Shown here: in pieces, positions 36,387 to 43,405 of the stretch
Layout of the letters: every line of letters starts with the position of its first letter
How positions within the stretch are numbered: the stretch's first letter is position 1
DNA from: a virus
Length of the DNA: 43,405 bases
Reading direction: 5' to 3' (one strand)
IMG/VR virus record: IMGVR_UViG_3300045809_000028
Made by a program: the position numbers and the translations under genes
The notes under the pieces: generated by a model
Seen by the model: the letters and a program-made list of their open reading frames with translations, nothing else
The model's database searches: none
Told to the model about the DNA's origin: nothing

Positions 36387-36635
36387 ATGAAAAATAGACA
36401 ATTTTCTACTATCTTGGTTCGATTTAACAACAGGATTTACATGTTACTACGTGAGGATGATTTAACAATAACGGTGGCAAGAATCGATTCTGCTTTAGGA
36501 ACCAAAGGTAGTATCTATTTTAGAAGCGATTTAGTAGAAAATTTTTCAAAAGATTGTATTAATTATAGTAGATTGACAGATCAAGAGGGCTATGGAATAA
36601 TTACACAGCTTTGGGAACAATATCTACGGAAATAA
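36387..36635 (+). CDS. Hypothetical protein between the tail and lysis modules
   Basis: 82 aa, ACGGAGGAAAAAA RBS, followed by a strong terminator. Confidence 0.55.
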   Translation: MKNRQFSTILVRFNNRIYMLLREDDLTITVARIDSALGTKGSIYFRSDLVENFSKDCINYSRLTDQEGYGIITQLWEQYLRK

Positions 36636-36672
36636 AAAACTAAAAAAAGTAATATGCATATAACTTTATATG

Positions 36673-36702
36673 ATAACCACACAAATTTGTGTGGTTATTT
36701 TT
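36673..36702 (+). terminator. Rho-independent terminator
   Basis: Perfect palindrome ATAACCACACAAA/TTTGTGTGGTTAT followed by TTTT. Confidence 0.8.
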
Positions 36703-36744
36703 GTTGTCACAACAGGAACAAAATAGAAAAGGAAAGTGAGTTTA

Positions 36745-37140
36745 ATGGATATGAATATGATTATTTGGGCAGAAACAATGATGCAAAATGAATATGGGAG
36801 GGTGCTAATTTGGCTAGGATTCATTTTATTTTTGATGGCGGTTGATGTTGTTACCGGATTTATCCAAGCTTACACTAATCGTGACTTAAAATCGGGCAAA
36901 ATGAGTACAGGGTTACTTAAAAAATTTGCGTTGTTAATGGTGCTAGTAGCCATTGTTCCTTTAACAATTTTATTGCCAGATGTTATTTCTGTCAGTGTGA
37001 TCATCGGAGTTTATTTGCTGGAAACATTAAATGAGATGGTTAGTATCGTCGAAAACTTAAATAAATTGGGTATTGCTACAAATATATTTGAGCCGATTAT
37101 TAAAAGATTAAATGACAAAAATTACAACAAAGAGGATTAG
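36745..37140 (+). CDS. Holin (Phage_holin_4_1 / TcdE-like)
   Basis: Three hydrophobic helices. Motifs DVVTGFIQAY and LLETLNEMVSIVENL. Several closely spaced Met codons at the N-terminus. Immediately upstream of the endolysin. Confidence 0.8.
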   Translation: MDMNMIIWAETMMQNEYGRVLIWLGFILFLMAVDVVTGFIQAYTNRDLKSGKMSTGLLKKFALLMVLVAIVPLTILLPDVISVSVIIGVYLLETLNEMVSIVENLNKLGIATNIFEPIIKRLNDKNYNKED

Positions 37141-37212
37141 CGTTCGCTAGTCCTTTTTATTTTTCCAAAACAATGATTTTAGCAAATAAAAATAAGAAAG
37201 GAAGTTTTTAAT

Positions 37213-38514
37213 ATGGTAAAAGCTACACATTCGGGCGCTATCGACGCACAATGGGGAAATTATCAATATCTGACTGATATCGCAAACGTTGCAATAAAGA
37301 AGTTTCCTGGTATGCGTATCACTTCGGGACAACGTAACGGCGACCCTTATCATCACGGACAAAGACAGGCGATTGATATTGCTTATCCAGCGAGCGATAA
37401 TGGCAATGCCAAATATTTCGAGGTAGCAAACTGGATTTTCGAAAACTACCCTGACCAAATCGCATATGTAATCACACAAGGAATGGTTCGTGATAGGGAC
37501 GGTTACAGTGGCACTGGTAAATCGGGTAAGTGGGTACGTTGGCCAGATGGAGACCATTACGACCATTTGCATTTAAGCGGATTGTTAGGACCAAATGACA
37601 TCAAAAAGGGAGGAATAACTGTGAGTTTACCTAAACCAGTCATTTTAGATATTAGCGAATGGCAAGTGCCTAGCAAAATAGACTATGATAAAATTGCAAA
37701 AGATATTGTAGGTGTAATCATTCGAGTGCAATATGGTTCGAATTATGTTGATAAACATTACAAAACACATATCAATGAGTTTAAAAAGCGTGGGATTCCA
37801 ATCGCTGTTTATGCGTGGGTTCGTGGTACCAGTTATAGTGATATGGAGACGGAAGCCACCGATTTTTATAATCGTGCAAAAGAATTCGCCCCCGCTTTTT
37901 GGTGGTTGGATGTGGAAGAGTGGTCAATGACAGATATGCGAGGTGGATGTGAACGCTATCGCGCAAAACTAAAGACACTAGGCGTTAAAAAAGTAGGTGC
38001 GTATATTGCTAATCATATGTATCACGGATTAAACCTTGATACCGCCAAATTCGATGGCATTTGGATACCGACATACGGCTCAAACAACGGTCAGTATAAC
38101 GGTAGCAATCCAACTGCAACGTTTGCATACGATATCCATCAATACACATCAAATGGCGAATTGTCAGGTTATGATGGACCGCTTGACTTAAACAGACTTG
38201 CAAATGTTGGTAAGGGGCTGGAATATTATTTTGGTAGCAAGACCGCAACCAAACCAGAAAGCGGAACAACTGTGTCACCAAAAGTCGAACAAGGGGGAAT
38301 CAACGTGAAAACTATTACTACAACCACTGATAAAGTCAAATTACGTAGTGCTGCCAAAGTCGCAAACAATGTAATCGCTGAATTGCCGAAAGGCTCACAG
38401 GTCAAAATTAATGATATTGTCATTGCTGATGGCATTATTTGGGGCGTTCAGCCACGCACTAATAATCAGAAGGGATATATTGATTTAGGAAAACCGTTTG
38501 GATGGATTAAGTAG
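37213..38514 (+). CDS. Endolysin: LAS/M15-type zinc peptidase + GH25 muramidase + SH3b cell-wall binding domain
   Basis: ITSGQRNGDPYHHGQRQAIDI and DHYDHLHLS (H-x-D ... H-x-H). ILDISEWQ .. WWLDVEEW .. IHQYTSNGELSGYDGPLDLN (GH25). C-terminal VKLRSAAKV..LPKGSQVKINDIV..GIIWGV (SH3b). Confidence 0.85.
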   Translation: MVKATHSGAIDAQWGNYQYLTDIANVAIKKFPGMRITSGQRNGDPYHHGQRQAIDIAYPASDNGNAKYFEVANWIFENYPDQIAYVITQGMVRDRDGYSGTGKSGKWVRWPDGDHYDHLHLSGLLGPNDIKKGGITVSLPKPVILDISEWQVPSKIDYDKIAKDIVGVIIRVQYGSNYVDKHYKTHINEFKKRGIPIAVYAWVRGTSYSDMETEATDFYNRAKEFAPAFWWLDVEEWSMTDMRGGCERYRAKLKTLGVKKVGAYIANHMYHGLNLDTAKFDGIWIPTYGSNNGQYNGSNPTATFAYDIHQYTSNGELSGYDGPLDLNRLANVGKGLEYYFGSKTATKPESGTTVSPKVEQGGINVKTITTTTDKVKLRSAAKVANNVIAELPKGSQVKINDIVIADGIIWGVQPRTNNQKGYIDLGKPFGWIK

Positions 38515-38525
38515 GGTAGTTTAAA

Positions 38526-38565
38526 ATAAGGTAGAGGTAACCGCAATTGGTTACTCCTACCTTAT
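38526..38565. terminator. Long hairpin between convergent genes (bidirectional terminator)
   Basis: 17-nt arms ATAAGGTAGAGGTAACC / GGTTACTCCTACCTTAT with two central mismatches and a 6-nt loop. Confidence 0.6.
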
Positions 38566-38585
38566 TAATATTTTAATTTATAGAG

Positions 38586-39629
38586 TTATAGTTTATCTTC
38601 ATTAGCTGAAAATTTAACAAAATTAGATCCTAATAGTCCACCTATTGAGGTAACTATTAAACCTAATAACATTGCTATGAACCCAAAAATGGAAGCTTTT
38701 GAAGCAGCATTACTGGCTTCTTCAGTTGTTTCTCTCGCCTCTTGAACAGCTTTATTTAATTCATCTTTAGCATCTTCAAGGGTACTTCTAGCAGCTTTAA
38801 TTTGATTTTGCGCTTCTTCACTCGCAGTTTTTAAACCATTAACTATATTTTTAGTCGCTTCTTCGGCTTCTTGTTGATTTAGTTCTGTATTAGAAGATAC
38901 TGCATTAGCTATGGCATCTTCATCGACACCATCTCCAATTTTATTCGCACGATTATCTAATTTGTTCAATAAGTCATCTATAATTTTATCTGAATTCTCT
39001 GGATTAGTAGCAATTTCTTTCCCAGCATCTGTAACTTCGTCTGTTACTTCAGTTAATTCGTTTTTCAAATAATCAGGTTGTAATTCTGGAACATCCGTAT
39101 CTTGTAAAACTTGCTCTACGTTATCCTGTAATTCTCTTGTATCAATGCTATCCATGTTCTCAGTTACTTTATCAAAAGTATTTGAAACTGTATCGGATAA
39201 TCCACTAGCAACTGTTTCAATGCCACTGCCTGTTGCTGAAGCGATGTTACCAAATAAAGAACCCACAGAAGATAAAATTCCTATTGAAGCATAAGATAAT
39301 ACTAAAATAAGTAAAATAGAGGTTGATGCCCATGTTAAAAATCCATGTACAAGACCAATTCTTCTAGAAGCAATTCCCGAAACAAAACCAGCACCTAAAA
39401 AAGATAAAATAAGTGATAGTATCGTCCATATGATGACACCTGTTCCAACACCATTTAAAGGTTGATCAGAAGTAGGCTGAACCATTCCAAAACCAATAGC
39501 TGAGCCAATCAATGACAAAGTTATTAATAACGAAAAGAATGTAACTATACCTGCAATGATAGAACCCCAAGATAAATTATAACCAGCTTCTTCTTGGGTT
39601 GTAAGATAATGCTTGAATCTTTTACTCAT
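38586..39629 (-). CDS. Polytopic membrane protein with a long acidic helical domain and a C-terminal TM anchor (lysogenic-conversion/exclusion candidate)
   Basis: 347 aa, GGAGGAA RBS. About four N-terminal TM helices, a ~170-aa D/E/T/N-rich helical region, and a terminal helix IFGFIAMLLGLIVTSIGGLLG. Confidence 0.7.
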   Translation of the reverse strand: MSKRFKHYLTTQEEAGYNLSWGSIIAGIVTFFSLLITLSLIGSAIGFGMVQPTSDQPLNGVGTGVIIWTILSLILSFLGAGFVSGIASRRIGLVHGFLTWASTSILLILVLSYASIGILSSVGSLFGNIASATGSGIETVASGLSDTVSNTFDKVTENMDSIDTRELQDNVEQVLQDTDVPELQPDYLKNELTEVTDEVTDAGKEIATNPENSDKIIDDLLNKLDNRANKIGDGVDEDAIANAVSSNTELNQQEAEEATKNIVNGLKTASEEAQNQIKAARSTLEDAKDELNKAVQEARETTEEASNAASKASIFGFIAMLLGLIVTSIGGLLGSNFVKFSANEDKL

Positions 39630-39953
39630 GAAAATTCCTCCTTAAAATTTTTATAAAAATAGTACCTATATTAACCATAACATTCCTAATTAATTCAAGC
39701 AAATAATAAACGAAACTGAAAATTGAAAGTGTTGTTGGTACTGGCTTTTCTTATTGAGTACTGGAATAAGATATTAAGTAAACTCAAAAAAATGTAAACA
39801 GGTCATTTATCTTATAAGTAAAAACTCCACGCTGATGATAAAGGCGTGGGTTACATAGTTATAAAAAATTCTATTAAATTGACTTACGTATTAGCTTACA
39901 TAATTAGCTAATATTAAAGCTTAAAATTTAGCTATAATATTAACTTAGTTCTT

Positions 39954-40026
39954 GTGTAACTGTAATTCTAGTGATATAGTTACACTGAAAGTGTTACCCC
40001 TTTAGCGTATTTTATACGCTAATTTT
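39954..40026 (+). promoter_or_regulatory. Structured leader upstream of the Panacea-domain gene: two perfect hairpins, the second followed by a U-run
   Basis: GTGTAACT (39954-39961) / AGTTACAC (39978-39985). TTAGCGTAT (40002-40010) / ATACGCTAA (40014-40022), then TTTT. Confidence 0.4.
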
Positions 40027-40071
40027 GTATATACTTTTTGAAAGAAGATTTGATAGAAGGAGGAGATTGTT

Positions 40072-40581
40072 TTGACTAATGAAAACAAAACATATGTCTT
40101 TGATGATGTAAGAGTTCTCGCTAAATTAGTTAGAAAAATATCTAGTAGAGAAATGACTCCGCTAAGACTTCAAAAAACTTTGTACTTTGTTTTTGCGTTT
40201 TATGGTGCTACATTAGGGAAATTAAGTCCTGAAAATCAGGAAGAAAATAAATTTGAAGGTAGTGCTAATTATCCAAAGTATTTATTTGAAGAGCAATTTG
40301 AAGCATGGCAATATGGTCCTGTTTTAAGAAGCATGTATACGATTAATAAACATCGTAAATATGAAATTTTAGAAGCAGAAGAATGGGAAATTAAAGACGA
40401 AAAAGATCAAGCTATTTATGATTTAATTGAACAAGTTGTGAAACAAACTGATGAAATGGGCGATTTTACTCTTGTAGAACGCACTCATGAAGACCAAGCA
40501 TGGAAAGATGCGTTCGAGAGTGAAAATAATTTAATGAGTAGAGATGCAATTGTTGAGGAATACAAGCTTGAACTCATTTAA
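40072..40581 (+). CDS. Panacea (DUF4065, SocA/GepA-like) domain protein; putative PanA-type antitoxin
   Basis: 169 aa, TTG start after GAAGGAGGAG. MTPLRLQKTLYFVFAFYGA ... FEAWQYGPVLRSMY matches the DUF4065 core (LKLQKLLYF..W..GPV). Confidence 0.7.
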   Translation: MTNENKTYVFDDVRVLAKLVRKISSREMTPLRLQKTLYFVFAFYGATLGKLSPENQEENKFEGSANYPKYLFEEQFEAWQYGPVLRSMYTINKHRKYEILEAEEWEIKDEKDQAIYDLIEQVVKQTDEMGDFTLVERTHEDQAWKDAFESENNLMSRDAIVEEYKLELI

Positions 40582-41215
40582 TTTTGATTTGTCAAAAAAA
40601 CGTGATTCAAAATCGAATGAAGAAAAAGTTCGCGACGCATTAATCCCAAAAAATCAATTAGACATTAAGTTGAAATTAAAAAATGGGGGGAAATATGTTT
40701 TATCTGCTCCTGATAGAGATAGACTTATTGAAATTCCTGAAACCTTTCTTACCTCAAAAAAACTACCTACTGTCAAATTTACAAACTTCATAAATCTAGA
40801 TAGTGTTCCAGAATCTACAAGAAGAACCCTAAAAACAATAATAGATGATATCACCTACATTTGTGAGAACAATGAGATGGTTGAATTCGCCAAAAATAAC
40901 ACGTCTCATTTAAGATCCGTGTTGAAATCTTACGGAATAGATGATGTCTTAAGTGAAGATAACGAAACAATATTTAAGGTTGATGGAATATCATATTACG
41001 AATCAGGAAAAAAAGAAAATCCTTTTCGTATCTATATGAAGATCGATGGATTAAATCAAAAACAAACTAAGTATAAATTGATTTTTTGTGACGTTTATCA
41101 TTTATGTATAGCTACTGGTTATAAAGGATTATCTTCTTTCCAAATGAGGGAACAAACTTATCTTAAATATTGTTATAGCTGTAAAAATCATCTTAAAGAA
41201 TTGATAGAAATATAA
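40568..41215 (+). CDS. Unknown 215-aa protein translationally coupled to the Panacea-domain gene; candidate toxin/effector
   Basis: The frame overlaps the upstream stop. TTG at 40568 lies 7 nt after GAGGAA (the ORF also opens at ATG 40544). No recognisable domain. The C-terminus FRIYMKIDG..KYKLIFCDVYH is faintly RelE/ParE-like. Confidence 0.6.
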   Translation: MNSFNFDLSKKRDSKSNEEKVRDALIPKNQLDIKLKLKNGGKYVLSAPDRDRLIEIPETFLTSKKLPTVKFTNFINLDSVPESTRRTLKTIIDDITYICENNEMVEFAKNNTSHLRSVLKSYGIDDVLSEDNETIFKVDGISYYESGKKENPFRIYMKIDGLNQKQTKYKLIFCDVYHLCIATGYKGLSSFQMREQTYLKYCYSCKNHLKELIEI

Positions 41216-41233
41216 CAAAGACCTTAGCTTTCG

Positions 41234-41512
41234 CTAGGGTCTTTGTTTGTTTTCGAATTTAAGTAGTCTATTATACAAATCTTCAATATCATCTACATGA
41301 TTGATCATATCCATAATATTTTCCATTTCTTCTTCAGTATCCCCTTTTGTAATTTGCTCGCTAAACTCTATAAGAGAATCATACGAATCAAATTCAACGT
41401 CTTCTGGAATTCCTAATTCATCTCGTAAATCATCTAATCTTTCTTGTAAATCATTAAATACAAGTGATGATAAGTATACCAGTTCGTCTCTTTTTATTTT
41501 CACAGTAATCAC
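41234..41512 (-). CDS. Small, strongly acidic protein (hypothetical)
   Basis: 92 aa, about one third Asp/Glu (EDVEFDSYDSLIEFSEQITKGDTEEEMENIMDMINHVDDIEDLY). Confidence 0.6.
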   Translation of the reverse strand: MITVKIKRDELVYLSSLVFNDLQERLDDLRDELGIPEDVEFDSYDSLIEFSEQITKGDTEEEMENIMDMINHVDDIEDLYNRLLKFENKQRP

Positions 41513-41607
41513 CTCGAAATTTATTTGTTAAATACACTATACCAACAAAAAAACTAAAAATCTCGAAAGGTGACAAAATGATACAAAGGTTTCCTTAGAG
41601 TCACATT

Positions 41608-41778
41608 TTATAAATTATTAATTTCTGCATCAATCAATCTCGCCATTTCAAACTCATAGGCGTCAATTAATTTATCTTTGTCGTGTATCAGCATAATCAA
41701 CATATACTCTTTAGTGTTGACAAACACTGCGCTATTTTTGATGTAGGCAATTCCTATTGAGTTTTTAAAATAATACAT
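41608..41778 (-). CDS. 56-aa hypothetical protein (below the ORF-track cutoff): MYYFKNSIGIAYIKNSAVFVNTKEYMLIMLIHDKDKLIDAYEFEMARLIDAEINNL
   Basis: Translated by hand. AAGGAGG lies 9 nt upstream of the ATG. Co-oriented with 41234-41512. Confidence 0.5.
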   Translation of the reverse strand: MYYFKNSIGIAYIKNSAVFVNTKEYMLIMLIHDKDKLIDAYEFEMARLIDAEINNL

Positions 41779-41781
41779 AAA

Positions 41782-41809
41782 AGCGTACCTCCTTAATAGG
41801 AAGTACGCT
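41782..41809 (-). promoter_or_regulatory. Hairpin that sequesters the Shine-Dalgarno of the 56-aa ORF
   Basis: AGCGTAC / GTACGCT plus TCCT / AGGA (11 of 12 bp paired, 4-nt loop). The SD AAGGAGG (41788-41794) lies inside the 3' arm. Confidence 0.5.
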
Positions 41810-41900
41810 GAAAAATGAAATAACCAAAATCTAAAAGTAGAGATAGCCCAATCTCTGCCTGATTAAGGTATTTAGAATTTTAAAAATAGTAAGTTTTTTA

Positions 41901-42278
41901 TTATTTATATCTGTTTCTATATTTTTTTGTAAATAATTTGGTTATAAAGTACGAAACAATAAAGCTGATAATAAGAATAACAAATGCTATAGCAAAAGAT
42001 AAAACAGTATTATCTAAAATATCTTTGAAGACTGGCAATGTAATAAAGAGATAAAATCCTCCAATAGATAAAATTATTCCTAATAAGTAAAAACTTAACG
42101 TTTCTGCAAAAGTTTTTGATGATTCATACTTTGTATCGACAGACGCAAAATCCCCTTGCTGAAAAGGAATAGGGGAACCCGTCTGTGATGGATCAGATTT
42201 AGTATTCATGGTATTAAAAGAGTTTTTTGATATAGTTTGATTAGAGTCTTGTCTATATTGTTTTTCTCTATTATTCAT
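41901..42278 (-). CDS. Membrane protein (two TM helices) with a polar N-terminal region
   Basis: 125 aa. ATG is 6 nt after GAGGTG. Helices LSFYLLGIILSIGGFYLFITL and VLSFAIAFVILIISFIVSYFI. Confidence 0.65.
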   Translation of the reverse strand: MNNREKQYRQDSNQTISKNSFNTMNTKSDPSQTGSPIPFQQGDFASVDTKYESSKTFAETLSFYLLGIILSIGGFYLFITLPVFKDILDNTVLSFAIAFVILIISFIVSYFITKLFTKKYRNRYK

Positions 42279-42331
42279 AAGTAACACCTCACTTTTTAAA
42301 TTATTGTATCACAGAATAAAAAAACTATACA

Positions 42332-42853
42332 TTAATAGAACATTGTAACATATTGATATCGTGTTCCACTTTTGCCAGCTGAACCAACTAAGTCAGCATG
42401 AATATAAACGTTTACTGATTGAACATTTTTAGCGTTTGGTGAGACTGTAAAGCTATGGGTGCCTGATTTAAGAATTTTATGCTCTTTTGGTATCGTAGGA
42501 TATACAACTTTGCTACCATCCCTTTTATCTAAAAAAAGAGATGAAAAATAAGGCGTTCCATTCGAAGTATTTGTATACTTAACTTCTACTTTATTTACAG
42601 TGACAGGCCCTTGTCCTGTAGCTCTTGAAAAATGAGTTATCACCATAAGATCAACGTTTCCTGTTCCAGCTTTAAACATATATTGATTATATATCTTCCC
42701 ATTGATCATTTTAGAAGTGACATTTTTTCCGCTAGTAATAACATTATTAGTACCTGGTTGCAAAGAAGTTCCAGCTTCTGCTTTTATTGGGTTAATAAAA
42801 CCAATAAAAATAATCCCTAAAATTGACAATAAAATAATAAATGATTTCTTCAT
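42332..42853 (-). CDS. Secreted beta-rich protein of unknown function (signal peptide)
   Basis: 173 aa, AAGGAG RBS. N-terminus MKKSFIILLSILGIIFIGFINPIKAEA, then a T/S/N/V-rich sequence with alternating polarity. Confidence 0.7.
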   Translation of the reverse strand: MKKSFIILLSILGIIFIGFINPIKAEAGTSLQPGTNNVITSGKNVTSKMINGKIYNQYMFKAGTGNVDLMVITHFSRATGQGPVTVNKVEVKYTNTSNGTPYFSSLFLDKRDGSKVVYPTIPKEHKILKSGTHSFTVSPNAKNVQSVNVYIHADLVGSAGKSGTRYQYVTMFY

Positions 42854-42886
42854 AAAACGCTCCTTAAATTAAAAAATAGTTAAAAA

Positions 42887-42895
42887 ATAATACCA
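42887..42895 (-). promoter_or_regulatory. Extended -10 promoter TGGTATTAT for the leftward accessory operon
   Basis: ATAATACCA on the + strand, about 35 nt upstream of the start at 42853. Confidence 0.45.
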
Positions 42896-43010
42896 ACCTA
42901 AGCAACCATATGTTTTAAAAACAAATGTGGGCTATAGATACTTTGATTACACTATTTTCTAACAAAATAATTATATATTAGTTAATAGAATGAAAACCAT
43001 TTTTACCCCA

Positions 43011-43040
43011 AACGTCGTAAATTCATGCCTGAACGTCGTA
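43011..43040 (+). repeat. Direct repeats AACGTCGTA x2 spaced 21 nt apart (43011-43019, 43032-43040); candidate recombination-protein binding sites
   Basis: Exact 9-mers, two helical turns apart, in non-coding DNA on the att side. Confidence 0.5.
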
Positions 43041-43110
43041 CTTTTTATGTGTAATTTTTCAAAAAATACATATACTAATAAATAAAGCTACCCCTCATTT
43101 ATGTAAATCA

Positions 43111-43128
43111 ACGCCCCACACGTTTTAT
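43111..43128 (-). repeat. Inverted copy of the 18-mer ATAAAACGTGTGGGGCGT (13-mer copy 3)
   Basis: ACGCCCCACACGTTTTAT on the + strand. Exact reverse complement of 4271-4288. Confidence 0.7.
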
Positions 43129-43166
43129 TTTCTCTTCCTATTATATATAAGTATTTTACGCCATAC

Positions 43167-43182
43167 TAAATGCCATTTGATT
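43167..43182 (+). repeat. 16-mer TAAATGCCATTTGATT (second copy; first at 218-233)
   Basis: Exact match read in sequence. Confidence 0.6.
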
Positions 43183-43278
43183 TTAATTCTATTTAATTTA
43201 GTTGAACGACTTAAGCTTTTTTTCTATAAAAAAGCTGATATATTAACATTATGAAATGGAATATTATAGTAAAAAAAC

Positions 43279-43405
43279 AATGAAACGTTTAGACACTACT
43301 AAAATGCAAGAACTTGCAAATCGTGCGCTGAAAGATTGCGACACAATGGAAGAAGTCGTTGCTTTAGTTGAAGAATACGTTGCTGAATAAGGCTTTTTAA
43401 GCTTT
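43279..43405 (+). repeat. 127-nt exact direct terminal repeat, copy 2 (contains the duplicate of the 36-codon ORF at 43280-43390)
   Basis: Identical to 1-127. Confidence 0.95.

Larger units (their letters stand above)
1..43405. mobile_element. Complete temperate siphovirus genome (integrase-type; prophage or circularly assembled phage) of a low-GC Firmicute
   Basis: Canonical order of modules: lysogeny, switch, replication, late regulator, terminase, portal, head, tail, lysis, accessory genes. Integrase sits next to att-like repeats. The window ends repeat each other. Confidence 0.9.

Noticed and set aside
37147-37572. 141-aa minus-strand ORF opposite the 5' end of the endolysin gene, and similar antisense ORFs at 37781-37978, 38009-38281 and 38226-38435
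   Set aside because: They overlap a motif-rich endolysin gene and have no RBS. Their Cys/His/Arg-rich translations are implausible.
1-43405. Search for tRNA, rRNA, CRISPR arrays, transposases, reverse transcriptase/retron elements and DNA methyltransferases
   Set aside because: There are no cloverleaf-like GC-rich ~75-nt units and no regularly spaced direct repeats with unique spacers. No ORF shows DDE/transposase, RT (YxDD) or SAM-methyltransferase motifs. The only regular tandem repeats are coding, in the tape measure gene.

Overview
The window is one complete temperate siphovirus genome of about 43.3 kb, from a low-GC Firmicute. The head-tail gene set is A118/TP901-like; the host genus cannot be determined without a database search. 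The two window ends are an exact 127-nt direct repeat. This fits a circular or terminally redundant assembly, or alternatively a very long att duplication.

Gene order, left to right:
- Lysogeny: att-like repeats, tyrosine integrase (-), a membrane/coiled-coil/Mrr-type nuclease moron (-), an ImmA-like protein (-) and an XRE repressor (-).
- Switch: three TTAAC-N6-GTTAA operators, then Cro-like and Xis-like HTH genes and small early genes.
- Replication: SMC/RecF-like ATPase, AAA_24 (Sak4-like) ATPase, DUF669-like protein, SF2 DEAH helicase, primase-helicase, an ori-like repeat cluster, RusA and an ArpU-like late regulator.
- A small self-contained moron island between the late regulator and packaging.
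- Packaging and head: TerS, TerL, portal, a MuF head protein with a C-terminal toxin-like domain plus an immunity-like gene, scaffold and capsid.
- Tail: head-tail joining genes, major tail protein, chaperones, tape measure, Dit, an extra fibre-like gene and Tal.
- Lysis: holin and a three-domain endolysin.
- A ~4.5 kb accessory region before the att side.

No tRNA, rRNA, CRISPR array or transposase was seen.

Candidates for undescribed biology, best first:
1. A Panacea (DUF4065)-domain antitoxin translationally coupled to an unrecognisable 215-aa partner (40072-41215).
2. The TM/coiled-coil/Mrr_cat nuclease between int and the repressor operon (1586-2575).
3. Two AT-rich antisense membrane-protein morons wedged on either side of the helicase gene (8427-9224 and 10870-11565).
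4. A tail protein inserted between Dit and Tal whose S11 D-Ala-D-Ala peptidase domain is circularly permuted (32291-34180).
5. The MuF-toxin/immunity pair (20856-22755).

All functional calls rest on motifs read by eye. No database search was possible.
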